The notes: generated by a model from the sequence alone, not told the origin. A stretch of 63,862 nucleotides of DNA, filler included, from Lama guanicoe (GCA_013239625.1; 162 parts of 162 records of this genome joined end to end with filler, not necessarily neighbours in it); one strand, 5' to 3'. Counted from the whole stretch's first letter, positions 1 through 14,084 are shown. Translations and numbers: made by a program.

Positions 1-294
1 TGTGAGTGTGTTTCCATGTGACTGTGTTTGAGGTTTTATGAATTCTGTTCACTATGAGGTAGAAACAATCTTCACACACGTGTTTGCACCGTGGTGTCTC
101 GGTGCTGCTCGCAAGTGGATGGTGCATCTGTTCCCAGAGTGAATTTGTTTTCCCTTTCCTTCTGACTTTAGGAGTAAGACTGTACAGAGGCTGAAGAATC
201 TGTAACACACATGATCTGCACGTGTCCCCTCCCTGAGTTTGGGAGGTCTCCCGGGTGTCTGCCCTCAGCCCACCGGGGCCGGGATGCTGCGCCC

Positions 295-394
295 NNNNNN
301 NNNNNNNNNNNNNNNNNNNNNNNNNNNNNNNNNNNNNNTTAATTAATTAANNNNNNNNNNNNNNNNNNNNNNNNNNNNNNNNNNNNNNNNNNNN
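295..394. other. Synthetic linker N44-TTAATTAATTAA-N44 (first of ~161 copies)
   Basis: TTAATTAATTAA at 339-350 is palindromic and gives TAA in all six frames; flanked by 44 N each side; repeated through 63566. Confidence 0.99.
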
Positions 395-1056
395 GCTGGG
401 ATACAAGCCAGAGAGAAGAAACATTTATTATGCAAGCTATAGATGATGAGAATGGAGCTACACTAACAGGAACAGCATTGGGGGGAAGACAAATAACACT
501 GTGATTACTTGTCCTCTCCGTAACGCACAAACAAATCTGCCACTGGATCCACGACCCTCTACCACTTATTTGCAATAAAGGGACTATTTATTTTCAACTG
601 TAGGGTATGTGATCTAATGTAATTGAAATTATTATTATCAGCACTGACCTGTTTACACAGAGCTTGGACATTCTAATGCTTCCTTTGTNNNNNNNNNNNN
701 NNNNNNNNNNNNNNNNNNNNNNNNNNNNNNNNTTAATTAATTAANNNNNNNNNNNNNNNNNNNNNNNNNNNNNNNNNNNNNNNNNNNNGTTCCCTCATTA
801 AGGAGACGAATCAATTTTTGACATACATTCATTCTATATTTGAGAGGGAGGAGAGGGCAAGGAAGACTAGGAGAGTGCAGTGATACACTGCCTGTCTGGC
901 CAGAACAGGGTACTATTTTTCAATAAGAAAGCTTTCAGTGGTAAGATTCCCCCTGCAGTTAGCCTGGGGCCTTGCCTTTCCCAGGTGCATTCGCACATTT
1001 ACATTAACTGGTAGCAAGGGGGAGTGGAGGGGGGCCGGGAGTCAGGGTTGGGAGGT

Positions 1057-1082
1057 GGGGAGGATTGCTCAGTGGTACAGTG
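1057..1082 (+). mobile_element. Possible 5' end of a tRNA-derived SINE
   Basis: ggggaggattgctcagtggtacagtg contains an A-box-like GCTCAGTGG at the contig end. Confidence 0.4.
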
Positions 1083-3152
1083 NNNNNNNNNNNNNNNNNN
1101 NNNNNNNNNNNNNNNNNNNNNNNNNNTTAATTAATTAANNNNNNNNNNNNNNNNNNNNNNNNNNNNNNNNNNNNNNNNNNNNGATAAATGATCTTTTTAA
1201 GTGCACTAAGGCATTCGGAACTGGCAATTCCTTTGCCAGAAAAAGAAAAGACAAAATTAGTAACCACTTCCCTCTCCCCGCCTCCCCATTCTAACTGTGA
1301 ATAGTCTCATGGCCTCATCGTTAAACTAAGTCCACAGGAAAACTTCACATGCAAAGTTAAATTAATTTTATGTTATGCTAAGCGTAAAAGAAGGTTTGGT
1401 TAGGATCCATGCTGAGAAGGTGAGAAAAATCCTGCAAAAGGCTAAAGAAAAGAATATTTTATTAATGTGCAAATGTNNNNNNNNNNNNNNNNNNNNNNNN
1501 NNNNNNNNNNNNNNNNNNNNTTAATTAATTAANNNNNNNNNNNNNNNNNNNNNNNNNNNNNNNNNNNNNNNNNNNNTTATTTAGAAATAATTTGCATAGA
1601 AACAATCACAAAACTTACTATAAATGGTATCTTGTTATGAAAGTAACTTCTCAGAGAGGGCCTGACCCCAAATGATGGGCTGTTTGCAGCTTTACACCAG
1701 GCCGTCAGCTCCCACCTAAGTCCTCATAACTGGTCAGTCAGGAGGAGTGGAGACAAGTGGAGGTCAACTCCTCAGGCTTCTGAGAGGACTGTGGTTAACA
1801 GTCGCCATCACAGAATCCTGATTTCTCATCCCAGGGGAAAGGCTAGTTTTAAAAACAGCCACAAACAACCNNNNNNNNNNNNNNNNNNNNNNNNNNNNNN
1901 NNNNNNNNNNNNNNTTAATTAATTAANNNNNNNNNNNNNNNNNNNNNNNNNNNNNNNNNNNNNNNNNNNNAAAAAAAAAAGCTGTTTTCAAAAATAACAT
2001 TCTTCATTGTTTTGCATTCTGAATTTAAAAACTCAAATCCTTATACTGGAACCATTCACACATTACCTGAATGTCATATCACGAATTGATAGTTTTCCAT
2101 ACAATGATAACAATGCATTCTTATTTTCCCACACAATTCTGAGCTGAATGTCACTGGGAAAATAAATAAGGAAATACCTACATGTGCACAATAGGAATAT
2201 ACACATGTGTCCTTCCCACACTCACAGCTAGTCACTTTTAGGGAGGTGCATTTCCATTGTCAAANNNNNNNNNNNNNNNNNNNNNNNNNNNNNNNNNNNN
2301 NNNNNNNNTTAATTAATTAANNNNNNNNNNNNNNNNNNNNNNNNNNNNNNNNNNNNNNNNNNNNCATGCTCACTGACCAAACGGATGACTGAATCCTCTA
2401 TCGCACCTGTCACGGGCACTGTCCGCTCCTGCCTCAGCCAGGGCAGGAGTGTCCAGGGGCCAGAAGTGGTCACGTGCTGAACAGCCCTGCTCCTGGTCCA
2501 GGGAGAATGGCCCTTTAAGCCTCCCTCCTCCAGCAAAGTGGTGGTGTTGTACCTTCGGATTAGGAAGGGTTTACTGAAGCAGTGATCACGGTTTAGAGAG
2601 ACAGTCAGTGAGCGCACACCAGACAGAAGAACCCGGAGGTTATTGTTAAAATATGCAANNNNNNNNNNNNNNNNNNNNNNNNNNNNNNNNNNNNNNNNNN
2701 NNTTAATTAATTAANNNNNNNNNNNNNNNNNNNNNNNNNNNNNNNNNNNNNNNNNNNNCTTGTCTGGAGTCCAAACAAGGGATAATTCAGGAAATTTGAT
2801 CATTCTTCTTCCCTGCTGTGGACATTACTGCCATCTGTGTGAAAATAAACAAATGTTTTGTATTGGAATGGATCAGAATGATACAAGAGAATTGCCGGCC
2901 ACCAAGTTAGGGGACAATGTCACACCCTCCTTTGGGGCCTTAATTATCTACTTTCTTTTTGTTAAAGGAATTAGGCAACTGCCACAGCTCCACTTTACCT
3001 GGCGTGGTATCAGCTGGCCCAGGCTTTCCTGGTGCTCTTTGCTGCATGTCATNNNNNNNNNNNNNNNNNNNNNNNNNNNNNNNNNNNNNNNNNNNNTTAA
3101 TTAATTAANNNNNNNNNNNNNNNNNNNNNNNNNNNNNNNNNNNNNNNNNNNN

Positions 3153-3283
3153 GGCTCGACCCGGCCATTGCAGGGTGGACAGCCATATATACACTATGCA
3201 CCGAGTGGGCGTCGTTGTGTGCCAATAAAACTTTATTTACAAAAACACGCAGCAAGGTTTCGCCTGGCTGACCATCATTTGCC
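3153..3283. mobile_element. MER58-like hAT-Charlie DNA transposon fragment
   Basis: tgtgtgccaataaaactttatttacaaaaac. Confidence 0.7.
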
Positions 3284-3559
3284 TTTCCTTATCTCTGCCC
3301 CCAATAGCTTTCCCCTTCACCATGTAAAAGCTTAGAAAAACAGCTGTCAATTTTACTCAACTTGCCGTTCATAAGCAAGTTTAAAAAATAGTCTTTTCTC
3401 AAACTGTAACTAAATGTTCAACAAATTTAGGAATAACAATTTAATTNNNNNNNNNNNNNNNNNNNNNNNNNNNNNNNNNNNNNNNNNNNNTTAATTAATT
3501 AANNNNNNNNNNNNNNNNNNNNNNNNNNNNNNNNNNNNNNNNNNNNCAGGTCAGGTATA

Positions 3560-3830
3560 TCTTTACTGATTGTATGCCTGGTTGATTTATTGCTAAGAAA
3601 GAGATGAAGTCTCCAACCAGAACTGTGGATTTTTCTACTTCTCCTTTCATTTCTATCAGTTGTTGCTTCATGTATTTTAGTCTTCTGTTCTTGGGTACAT
3701 ACGGTTTTAGGACTGTTATGCCTTCTTGGAGAGTTGACCACTTTGCCCTTGTGTAATGCTGCTCCTCATCCCTGATCACTTTCCTTGTTCTGATGTTGGG
3801 TTTCCCTGCTAGAACTATAATTACTCCAGC
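3560..3830 (-). mobile_element. Old L1 ORF2 endonuclease fragment
   Basis: QEGITVLKPYVPKNRRLKYMKQQLIEMKGEVEKSTVLVGDF resembles L1 EN QEDITILNIYAPN...STIIVGDFN. Confidence 0.88.
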
Positions 3831-6698
3831 TTTTTTTTTTNNNNNNNNNNNNNNNNNNNNNNNNNNNNNNNNNNNNNNNNNNNNTTAATTAATTAANNNN
3901 NNNNNNNNNNNNNNNNNNNNNNNNNNNNNNNNNNNNNNNNCTCCTCATCGTGGCGATGTCTTTCCAGCTTCGGATCCGCGAAAACCGAGGTAGGAGTTCC
4001 AGGGGTCCCAGCAGGGAATGCTTCCTCCGCCCAGGAGCCCGGGAAGGTGGACTTGCTTGCTGCATCTTTGCGGCTCATTCCACTTCCTTAGTCTCAGGGC
4101 CTGGGACAGTTTTGAGAACAGCCACCAGGTCTTAAAAATCCCTGGGTGTGGGCCCCAGCTCCCGAGCCGGGAGAGCGAGAAGAGTTTGGGAAGGAGACAG
4201 GGGCAGGACCCAAAGGTGAAAATCTAGCACATCTNNNNNNNNNNNNNNNNNNNNNNNNNNNNNNNNNNNNNNNNNNNNTTAATTAATTAANNNNNNNNNN
4301 NNNNNNNNNNNNNNNNNNNNNNNNNNNNNNNNNNGACTCCCGCCTTCGGATGCAATGAGGCCCTGCACCGCGAGGACGCTCGGGGAGGGCTGGGCCGCAA
4401 ATTTTTAAAGGGGAGCTCCCGGAGTCCCCTAATTTGGGCCCCCTTTCGCAGTTCCGGCCTCCTGGAAGTGGACCAAGATCGTGTAGAGAAGAGGAATTGG
4501 GCTCAAGGAACCACAGAGTGGAGTCCGAAGAGAGAGCAATAGAGGAGAGAATGAGAAAAGGTGGAGGGGAGAAGAGCCGTGGGCTCGGTGGGCTCCTTCA
4601 CGGCTAGAGAGCTGGTCTCTGCCAGATCNNNNNNNNNNNNNNNNNNNNNNNNNNNNNNNNNNNNNNNNNNNNTTAATTAATTAANNNNNNNNNNNNNNNN
4701 NNNNNNNNNNNNNNNNNNNNNNNNNNNNAGTCCAGGGGCATATGACTAGTGACTCTCCAAAGCACCTCTATCGTCCAACTGGAGTGGAACTATCCTCTCT
4801 CTCTTTATATTAGAACCTTTATTCCCACTTTCCCTTCTGTGAGCAGCTTTGCACCCTTAAGGATTATTTGAATTATTTTTACTTTAGCAGATTATAGTTG
4901 CATAACAAATATTTAAGAGAAAAGAGAAGCATCCCCAGAGCAAGCTTCACATGCAAGCTAAGAGAAGTATTACCATTTCTTACTGTTTCCTTTAGGAAGA
5001 TAATATGTGATGATTGGACAGTNNNNNNNNNNNNNNNNNNNNNNNNNNNNNNNNNNNNNNNNNNNNTTAATTAATTAANNNNNNNNNNNNNNNNNNNNNN
5101 NNNNNNNNNNNNNNNNNNNNNNCTGCATGTTTTAATTTTTGGAGAACGGGGAAAGAGTACAGATGGGGGTGGCCACGTAGGAAATAGTTTTTACCATTAA
5201 AAGAACTAAGTGGTGCTACTTGGAAAATACTGAGGAGGGTAAGGGAGTTGGTGTATGGGACGAAAGCGTATATCTAAACGTAAAGCATTTAATGCTGAAG
5301 GGAAAGGGAAGATTTGGGGGGAAAGGCGAGAGAGAAGAAAATTGAGGTGAGGTTGACATTGCGCAGACCATCAAGTACTGTAGCTTAATTCAGATACAGG
5401 TATCTGTGGATTTGAANNNNNNNNNNNNNNNNNNNNNNNNNNNNNNNNNNNNNNNNNNNNTTAATTAATTAANNNNNNNNNNNNNNNNNNNNNNNNNNNN
5501 NNNNNNNNNNNNNNNNGACAAGATGTTGGACTCAGACTGTGACCCCATGCTTACTTCAGAAGAACATGGCTTATCCTGACCCCAAAGCTGAGCAGATAAG
5601 GATTAACGTCTCATGCAGTAAAACCTCACCAAGTATGTTCCCAAGAGGAACAGATGTGGTGGTTTCCCTCAGCGCCAACCAGCTCTTTACAGGACCCTAA
5701 ATATTGTCTTTGGAAGACAATGTAATAATAACTATGGTACATATATTATTATAACTATTATTATATCCTCATGACCCTAGTCAATTATGAAATATCTACC
5801 ATAGGCCAAANNNNNNNNNNNNNNNNNNNNNNNNNNNNNNNNNNNNNNNNNNNNTTAATTAATTAANNNNNNNNNNNNNNNNNNNNNNNNNNNNNNNNNN
5901 NNNNNNNNNNCTTCTGGGTAATATATACTTTATTTCCTCAAGGTTGGTAAGGCTGAACATTACTCAGGCAGAATTTCCAAAAGAGGAAATTGTAGAAAGT
6001 TTGCCTTCCTGACGCCCTTCTGATTTTGGAGAGTATCAGTCCAAGCTAGAATTTTCAATCTCCGCTGAATGACTTTTTCTTTTGGCAATTGTCCTGAAAT
6101 GTAAAGGGGCTGAGCACCCACCTCTCCCTGTCTCCTTGCAAGACAACTCCGCCCTGGGGGGGTGGGGGTGGCGGTGAGCACACATGCAGAGGCAGGCGTG
6201 CCTGNNNNNNNNNNNNNNNNNNNNNNNNNNNNNNNNNNNNNNNNNNNNTTAATTAATTAANNNNNNNNNNNNNNNNNNNNNNNNNNNNNNNNNNNNNNNN
6301 NNNNTCAAGGTCTATCTGATGTCAGAGTTCATACATCATATGCATCTGCTATTAGTTACAGATCTTTGTGTGTAAATTGTTTTGTTTGATCTAAGATAGC
6401 TTTTTTGGGGGGTAGTGATTTAGAGTCCTCAGGCTGCCCAGAAGGAGGCTCAAATTAAAGTACTTGAAGGTCGGCTTTAACAAACTGAAGTAACCAGTCT
6501 GCACAAAGCCAGCTCTTATTCCACATGTCAAAAGAGAAAGCAGAATTAAATCCTGAGCTAGATGCTCTACCCGGCCATGCTTTACAAGGTAATTTGGANN
6601 NNNNNNNNNNNNNNNNNNNNNNNNNNNNNNNNNNNNNNNNNNTTAATTAATTAANNNNNNNNNNNNNNNNNNNNNNNNNNNNNNNNNNNNNNNNNNNN

Positions 6699-6813
6699 TC
6701 ACGTTCACCTCGTCAGTACGTTGAAGGCCCTCCCTCAGTGCTGTCACATTCTGAGGTCCTGGGGTTAAGGCTTCAACACGTGAATTTGGGGGGAGGCACA
6801 ATTCATCCCATAG
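6699..6813 (-). mobile_element. MaLR LTR (MLT1) terminus
   Basis: gtcacattctgaggtcctggggttaaggcttcaacacgtgaatttgggg. Confidence 0.8.
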
Positions 6814-6827
6814 CCTTTGCTTACTGA

Positions 6828-6915
6828 AACCCCCTGTGCCTCAGTTTCCTTATTTGTAAAGTGGAGAGTATAAGTTGTCTGTAAAATGCTTGGAACAGTG
6901 TCTGACACCTAGCAG
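6828..6915 (+). mobile_element. MIR SINE fragment
   Basis: ctgtgcctcagtttccttatttgtaaagtgg core. Confidence 0.75.
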
Positions 6916-7880
6916 ACGTGATATATTTTCTAAGTAAATAGAATAAAAACCTGTAGAAATGCATTATTTTCTGACTTAGCTGTTTACGGGCANNNNNNNN
7001 NNNNNNNNNNNNNNNNNNNNNNNNNNNNNNNNNNNNTTAATTAATTAANNNNNNNNNNNNNNNNNNNNNNNNNNNNNNNNNNNNNNNNNNNNTTTTTTTA
7101 AAGTTATAGCTGATTTACAATATAAGTTTCAGTTGTACAATAAATGCACAATTTTTAATGTTATTCTCCATTTATATTTATTGTAAAACTTTGGCTATAT
7201 TGCCTGTGTTGTAAGATACATCCCTGTATCGTGTTTATGTTACATGGAGCAGTCTGTATAAGAAAGTTGGGTAACTCAGAGTCTGGGGCGTGGCTGTGTC
7301 TGACCCAGGTTCTTGGTCCCCCTGCCTGTCAAAGCCAAGGCCCTCACTACTGTCTGCAGGGGAGCGAGTGGAGGCAGCTCTCATCANNNNNNNNNNNNNN
7401 NNNNNNNNNNNNNNNNNNNNNNNNNNNNNNTTAATTAATTAANNNNNNNNNNNNNNNNNNNNNNNNNNNNNNNNNNNNNNNNNNNNCACAAGTAAAAACA
7501 AGGAAATAAAGCACCATAAATCATCACTGTTGAATCCCAAACAATGTTAGTATTTTGGTATCTTTTCTTCTAATTTTTTTCTCTATTTATGATTACATAG
7601 TTGTAATCACGATGTGTATATGATTTTTATCCTGATTTTTTTCACTTAACATTGTTGAATACCCTTGACATTTATCAGATTCATATTAAAAGATTTAAAA
7701 AAAAATTTTTATTGAAGTATAGTTAATTTACAATGTTAATTTCAGGCATACAGCAAAGTTTATATTGGAAGTTTTGATAANNNNNNNNNNNNNNNNNNNN
7801 NNNNNNNNNNNNNNNNNNNNNNNNTTAATTAATTAANNNNNNNNNNNNNNNNNNNNNNNNNNNNNNNNNNNNNNNNNNNN

Positions 7881-7974
7881 TTTTTTTTTCACTAAATACA
7901 TACTACAGTATTATGTGATCCATTGTTGGTTGAATTTGTGGACGTGGAACCACAGATATGGAGAGCTGACTGTA
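7881..7974. mobile_element. MER2/Tigger-like DNA transposon terminus
   Basis: ttggttgaatttgtggacgtggaaccacagatatggagagctgactgta, ending in TA. Confidence 0.75.
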
Positions 7975-9689
7975 AACCTATACGCAGATTTAACCTTCAC
8001 ATTGTTCAAAGGGCAACCTTATTCAGTGAAATATATTTAAATCACAAGGTAAATACAGAGAACAGATGGGTAAGGTTGTCAGAGGTGGGGGAGTGGAAGG
8101 TGGGTGAAGAGGGTCAGAAGGTACAAACTTCAGTTACAAAATAAGTCATGGGGGTGTAACGTACAGCGTGGTGANNNNNNNNNNNNNNNNNNNNNNNNNN
8201 NNNNNNNNNNNNNNNNNNTTAATTAATTAANNNNNNNNNNNNNNNNNNNNNNNNNNNNNNNNNNNNNNNNNNNNAAAAAAAAAAGACTGAAGCTAACAGA
8301 GATTATGTAATTGATGGTTATAAAGTTTATAATTTTTTTGTGATACAAGTACATTTTTCTCAAAATCTGTTGCTTTTTACATTGTATCCTGTGGTGTCTC
8401 ATACTGGCCAAGTCAAGGAAGGTAATGAACAGCTTTTAGACGATTATTTTCTCTCCCAGAGAATATCACTCCATTTCCTTCCACCTCCCTACTCTCAAAA
8501 CCTAAATATAAGGACCAGATAAATTAGATAAATGTCCCAGTAAGAAATACTGCACATCACTTTCTTCTNNNNNNNNNNNNNNNNNNNNNNNNNNNNNNNN
8601 NNNNNNNNNNNNTTAATTAATTAANNNNNNNNNNNNNNNNNNNNNNNNNNNNNNNNNNNNNNNNNNNNAAAGGTCCTTGACCACTTGGGATTGTAGGTGG
8701 GTGCCATTAGATGTGAGTGTACACATTTGGGGAGGCGAGAAAAGGATTCATTAATTGCATCAGATTCTCAAAGAGATGTTGGAAGTTTGCATTCATGTAA
8801 GACAACCCTTGGGAGTGCTTCCCAAAACCTTGAAGGAGATCAGAGCTGCCCATTTCCTCTTTTGTCCCCGTCTCCTCACCTACAGAAGTGCCCCTGCAGG
8901 GTGAAGATCATCACCTTTTGCTGCAGATGTGGCTCCCAAGCAGGTGTGTTTTCCCCTTTGGANNNNNNNNNNNNNNNNNNNNNNNNNNNNNNNNNNNNNN
9001 NNNNNNTTAATTAATTAANNNNNNNNNNNNNNNNNNNNNNNNNNNNNNNNNNNNNNNNNNNNAATCAGAAGTGAATTCTACAACTGATAAATATGTTTCC
9101 TAAAAGCTGTTCATTCTAGGGACTTAAGAATTTGCCTTCCAAAGATGAACCAGCTGTTTCTCACCTCGGTGAGCAACTAGAAGCATATGGTGAAACTTAA
9201 TAACTTTAGTATATAGCACCTTTCACTCAGGCATCTCCAAAGACTTAATAGATACTAAGCTTCTGCTAGACACCAACTCAATGGCACTTTTCAGAAAACA
9301 AGCCATTCTCTCAACCAACTAAAACTGAAGTAAGATTTTGGTGGTGATAGGTCTGCNNNNNNNNNNNNNNNNNNNNNNNNNNNNNNNNNNNNNNNNNNNN
9401 TTAATTAATTAANNNNNNNNNNNNNNNNNNNNNNNNNNNNNNNNNNNNNNNNNNNNCTACTGCTTATCACAGAGGATGATTAGGAGTTCCTTGTGATGTG
9501 ATTATATTTAAATATGTGTGCATTAATACACATTTGTGCGTGCATATTTAATTTTATATTTAAGTGGCTTCCACAGCAGCAGAGATAGATCGATCTAGGG
9601 CGACAGTGATGGTAATGGTACAAAGATTAACTGTGGGAAAAAAATGAAAATGGATTGGTATCTCAACCTTTTTTGATATCCTTCTTTTT

Positions 9690-9750
9690 AAATTTTTATT
9701 TATTTATTTTTTGGAAGGGGAGACAAGTAGGTTTGTTTGTTTGTTTGTTT
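9690..9750 (-). mobile_element. Tail of the same SINE family, with (GTTT)n
   Basis: tttttggaaggggagacaagtaggtttgtttgttt resembles the tail of the 25836 element; contig ends here. Confidence 0.55.
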
Positions 9751-11032
9751 NNNNNNNNNNNNNNNNNNNNNNNNNNNNNNNNNNNNNNNNNNNNTTAATT
9801 AATTAANNNNNNNNNNNNNNNNNNNNNNNNNNNNNNNNNNNNNNNNNNNNGCAATCTGTTGTTAGACTAGTGAGATCTAACAGCCTGATATATCCATTTC
9901 CTCTTGTTAACCTCACAGAACCACATATATCCAAGGCAGAAGGTTTCACAAAAGAGAACAAATATTCTTATATGAAAGGATATTGTCTAAGAACACCCTT
10001 TTGGGATCCGATTGCTTTTTAAGATTACTGAGTTGATAAATTTTAGTCCATGAAATCATGACAAAGAAGAGAATACTAGGAAAACAATGGGGTTTTACTG
10101 GCCCATTTTCCACTGACCGTCTTATCCGCTGCCTAATTGTGTGTNNNNNNNNNNNNNNNNNNNNNNNNNNNNNNNNNNNNNNNNNNNNTTAATTAATTAA
10201 NNNNNNNNNNNNNNNNNNNNNNNNNNNNNNNNNNNNNNNNNNNNGAAAATTTGAACCACAAATGTTTACAACCTCTTAAAAGTTTAAGCAAAATGAACAG
10301 TAAATAATTTCAGCCAGATTTTCTCATATCGGAGGAAATAACATGTAGTTTATCTCATTTGACTACACATATTGTATCTAAAGGTAACAATTATAACAAG
10401 ATAAAGATGCCCGGCCTTTCTTTTTAGTCCTACATTAGTTCTAAACTGATTGGAACATAGTCCCATCTGATTCATTTCCTGATGTTAACAAATTCAAGAC
10501 TAAGGGTCCTGGGAAATGTTTTATTTGTTTAATTATTTNNNNNNNNNNNNNNNNNNNNNNNNNNNNNNNNNNNNNNNNNNNNTTAATTAATTAANNNNNN
10601 NNNNNNNNNNNNNNNNNNNNNNNNNNNNNNNNNNNNNNCCCCCCCAATGAGTCTAAGATTAAACTTCAGTAAACTTCACCAATGTTCACTTAAGAGCTAG
10701 GGATGTGGCATCAGGGCAGTGGCAGGCCCCCGGCCCCTCTTAGCAGGTAGTAGGAGGGGAAGGGGCTAGCTGAGAATGTTTCAACTCTGGGCTCCAATCC
10801 GGAAGGCTGACTTCCAGACAAGGTTCAAATTTACAACACATGTAACAAAGCGATCGCTTCCATTAAGGGGTGGGGGAAAAGCACAGAGTCTCCTATCTGT
10901 TGTTGAGGAATGCAAGCCCACGGTAGTGATCCNNNNNNNNNNNNNNNNNNNNNNNNNNNNNNNNNNNNNNNNNNNNTTAATTAATTAANNNNNNNNNNNN
11001 NNNNNNNNNNNNNNNNNNNNNNNNNNNNNNNN

Positions 11033-11326
11033 TTGATTTGCATATGTTGAATCATCCTTGTGACTCTGATGAATCCAACTTGTCCATGCTGTATGATCTT
11101 TTTTTATGTGTTGTTGGAGTTGATTTGCTAGTATTTTGTTGAGAATTTTTGCATCTATGTTCCCCAAAGATATTGACTTGCAATTTTCTTTTTTGATAGT
11201 GTTTGTCTGGTTTTGGTATTAAGGAGATGGTGGTTTCAGAGGATGACTTTGGGAGTGTTCCCTCCTCTTCAATCTTTTGGAAAAGTTTGAGAAGGACTGG
11301 TATGAGTTCTTCTTTGTATGTTTGGT
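11033..11326 (-). mobile_element. L1 ORF2 RT-region fragment
   Basis: [21 protein letters not shown] motif; disrupted frame. Confidence 0.93.
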
Positions 11327-11820
11327 NNNNNNNNNNNNNNNNNNNNNNNNNNNNNNNNNNNNNNNNNNNNTTAATTAATTAANNNNNNNNNNNNNNNNNN
11401 NNNNNNNNNNNNNNNNNNNNNNNNNNATTTCACCTGTGCATTGTTTTATCATTGTTTATGTGTATTCTTCTCTTTCATACTAGATGGCAAATTGCCAGCA
11501 GGTAAAGACAGGGAAACTCTTGTCTTTCAGAAAATAAAAAAAAAGAAAACAGGCCATAACTTTGGTGGAGGGGAAACCAGTGCTGGATGAAGAGGAGCCT
11601 CCCTGGATAAATGAGTAGTTGCCCTCAAGTGAGGTTAGAAATTCCCTAGGGTCAAGTCCAACAACAGAAACGGGGACCCCAGGGGAAATATTACTTCACC
11701 CCATCATATTCTCACATTCCNNNNNNNNNNNNNNNNNNNNNNNNNNNNNNNNNNNNNNNNNNNNTTAATTAATTAANNNNNNNNNNNNNNNNNNNNNNNN
11801 NNNNNNNNNNNNNNNNNNNN

Positions 11821-12114
11821 TCACTGGTAAAATCAAACAAACATTTAAAGAAGATTTAATACCTATTCTTCTCAACTTATTACAAAAAATTGAAAGGAAA
11901 GGAATGCTTCCCAACTCATTCTACAAGGCCAGCATTACATTAGTACCAAAACCAGACAAAGAAAACACACAAAAATTACAGCTTAATATCCCTGATGAAT
12001 ATAGAAGTAAAAACATCAACAAAATATTAATAAATGGAATTCAACAATACACTAAAAGATCACATATCATGATCAATGGGATTCATTCCAGTGATGCAAG
12101 GATGGTTCAACATT
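11821..12114 (+). mobile_element. L1 ORF2 RT-region fragment
   Basis: LPNSFYKASITLVPKPDK motif; frameshifted. Confidence 0.93.
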
Positions 12115-12214
12115 NNNNNNNNNNNNNNNNNNNNNNNNNNNNNNNNNNNNNNNNNNNNTTAATTAATTAANNNNNNNNNNNNNNNNNNNNNNNNNNNNNN
12201 NNNNNNNNNNNNNN

Positions 12215-12508
12215 AAAAAATTATGTTTAACAAAGGAGTAAAGAATATCGAATGGAGAAAAAATAGCCTCTTTCACAACTGGTGTTGGGAAAGCTGGACA
12301 GCTGTAGAAAACTCCCTCACATCATACACAAAAATAAGCTCAAAATGCCTTGAAGACTTACACATAAGACAAGACACCATAAATATCCTTGAAGAGAACA
12401 TAGGAAAAACAGTCTCTGATGTAAATTGTAGCAATGATTTCCTAGGGCACTCTACTGAAGCGATAGAAACAAAAGCAAAAATTAACAAATGGGACCTAAT
12501 TAAACTTA
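12215..12508 (+). mobile_element. L1 ORF2 C-terminal fragment
   Basis: SLFHNWCWESW...TKAKINKWDLIKL. Confidence 0.93.
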
Positions 12509-13790
12509 NNNNNNNNNNNNNNNNNNNNNNNNNNNNNNNNNNNNNNNNNNNNTTAATTAATTAANNNNNNNNNNNNNNNNNNNNNNNNNNNNNNNNNNNN
12601 NNNNNNNNTTATGAAAAGCAACATACTACTACTGCTCCTGGTTAAACAAATTATCCTGTCATTTTATAATAATGTGATTTTACTTTATTTGTGTTGTTCT
12701 CTCTATTCTTTCTCAAATTAAATAGCAGTGAGTGATACCCTCTTCGGGATAAAGATATCTAAAACCAGTTCTGACTCAGGTCTGTTAAACTTTGAAACTG
12801 ATGAGTGATTTTCTTTTTTGAAGCCTTTATGATTGCTCTAAATTAAGTAAATTCTCTTGTAGCCTACATGGTACATATGGATGAATGTTCCTGATATTAA
12901 ATNNNNNNNNNNNNNNNNNNNNNNNNNNNNNNNNNNNNNNNNNNNNTTAATTAATTAANNNNNNNNNNNNNNNNNNNNNNNNNNNNNNNNNNNNNNNNNN
13001 NNGGTGACTTCTCCTGAGAAGATGCATTTAAGCCTAAAGGTTCAGGATAAATCTGACAGCGAACGGTAGATACAAACTCAGCCCAAAGGGATTTGAAAGA
13101 TAATAGGGCCAGGACTGCAGGGACTTTTGGGGGAAACTTTGGGACATTGAGTCAATAGCAAAATGTTCTGAGGCTGGTCTCCCTGCAGAGGAGGAGTGAT
13201 GAGGGGACGACCTTGAAGACCAAAGGTGGACACCTAACAGAATGCTTAATTTTGCTGCAAGAAAACAGTAATAAGCCCACAATGTTAAAAAAAAAANNNN
13301 NNNNNNNNNNNNNNNNNNNNNNNNNNNNNNNNNNNNNNNNTTAATTAATTAANNNNNNNNNNNNNNNNNNNNNNNNNNNNNNNNNNNNNNNNNNNNCTTT
13401 AATTTTAAGTCCCATTTCTTTTGACTGTTTTAAAGATTATATGTCCCAAGGTACCCTTTTAAAAACTTTATGTGCTTACAATTTTTTTCTATAATAGATC
13501 ATGCTAATGATTGAATTTGACCCCTTTGAAAGATGATTGGATTCCTAAGGGTCAGGGAGGAGTCTGTTGCAAAGGGCTTGGGGAGTTTTGAAGAACTGTT
13601 CTACACTTTGATTACAGTGGTGATTGGATGTATCAAATTTGGGGGTGAATTTTATTGAATGTAAGTTCTACTTCAATAAATGACTTTTGANNNNNNNNNN
13701 NNNNNNNNNNNNNNNNNNNNNNNNNNNNNNNNNNTTAATTAATTAANNNNNNNNNNNNNNNNNNNNNNNNNNNNNNNNNNNNNNNNNNNN

Positions 13791-14084
13791 GAGTAAAATC
13801 CTGCCATTTGTAGCAATGTTGATGGACCTAGAGAATAATTATGCATAGTGAAATAAAGGAGACAGAGTAAGTCAAATATTTTATGATACCATTTATATGT
13901 GAAATATAAAAATGTACAAGTGAACATATATATTCAAAACAGAAACAGATTCACGGATATAAAATCAAACTTATTGTTACCCCAGGGGAGAGGGAAGCGG
14001 GAGTGATGAATAAGGAATATGAGATTAATAGATAAAATCTATTATATATAAAATAGATAAGCAGCAAAGATATACTGTGTCATA
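13791..14084 (+). mobile_element. L1 3' UTR fragment
   Basis: ctgccatttgtagcaa...gacctagagaat...aaatagataagcagcaaaga, typical L1 3' end. Confidence 0.85.
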
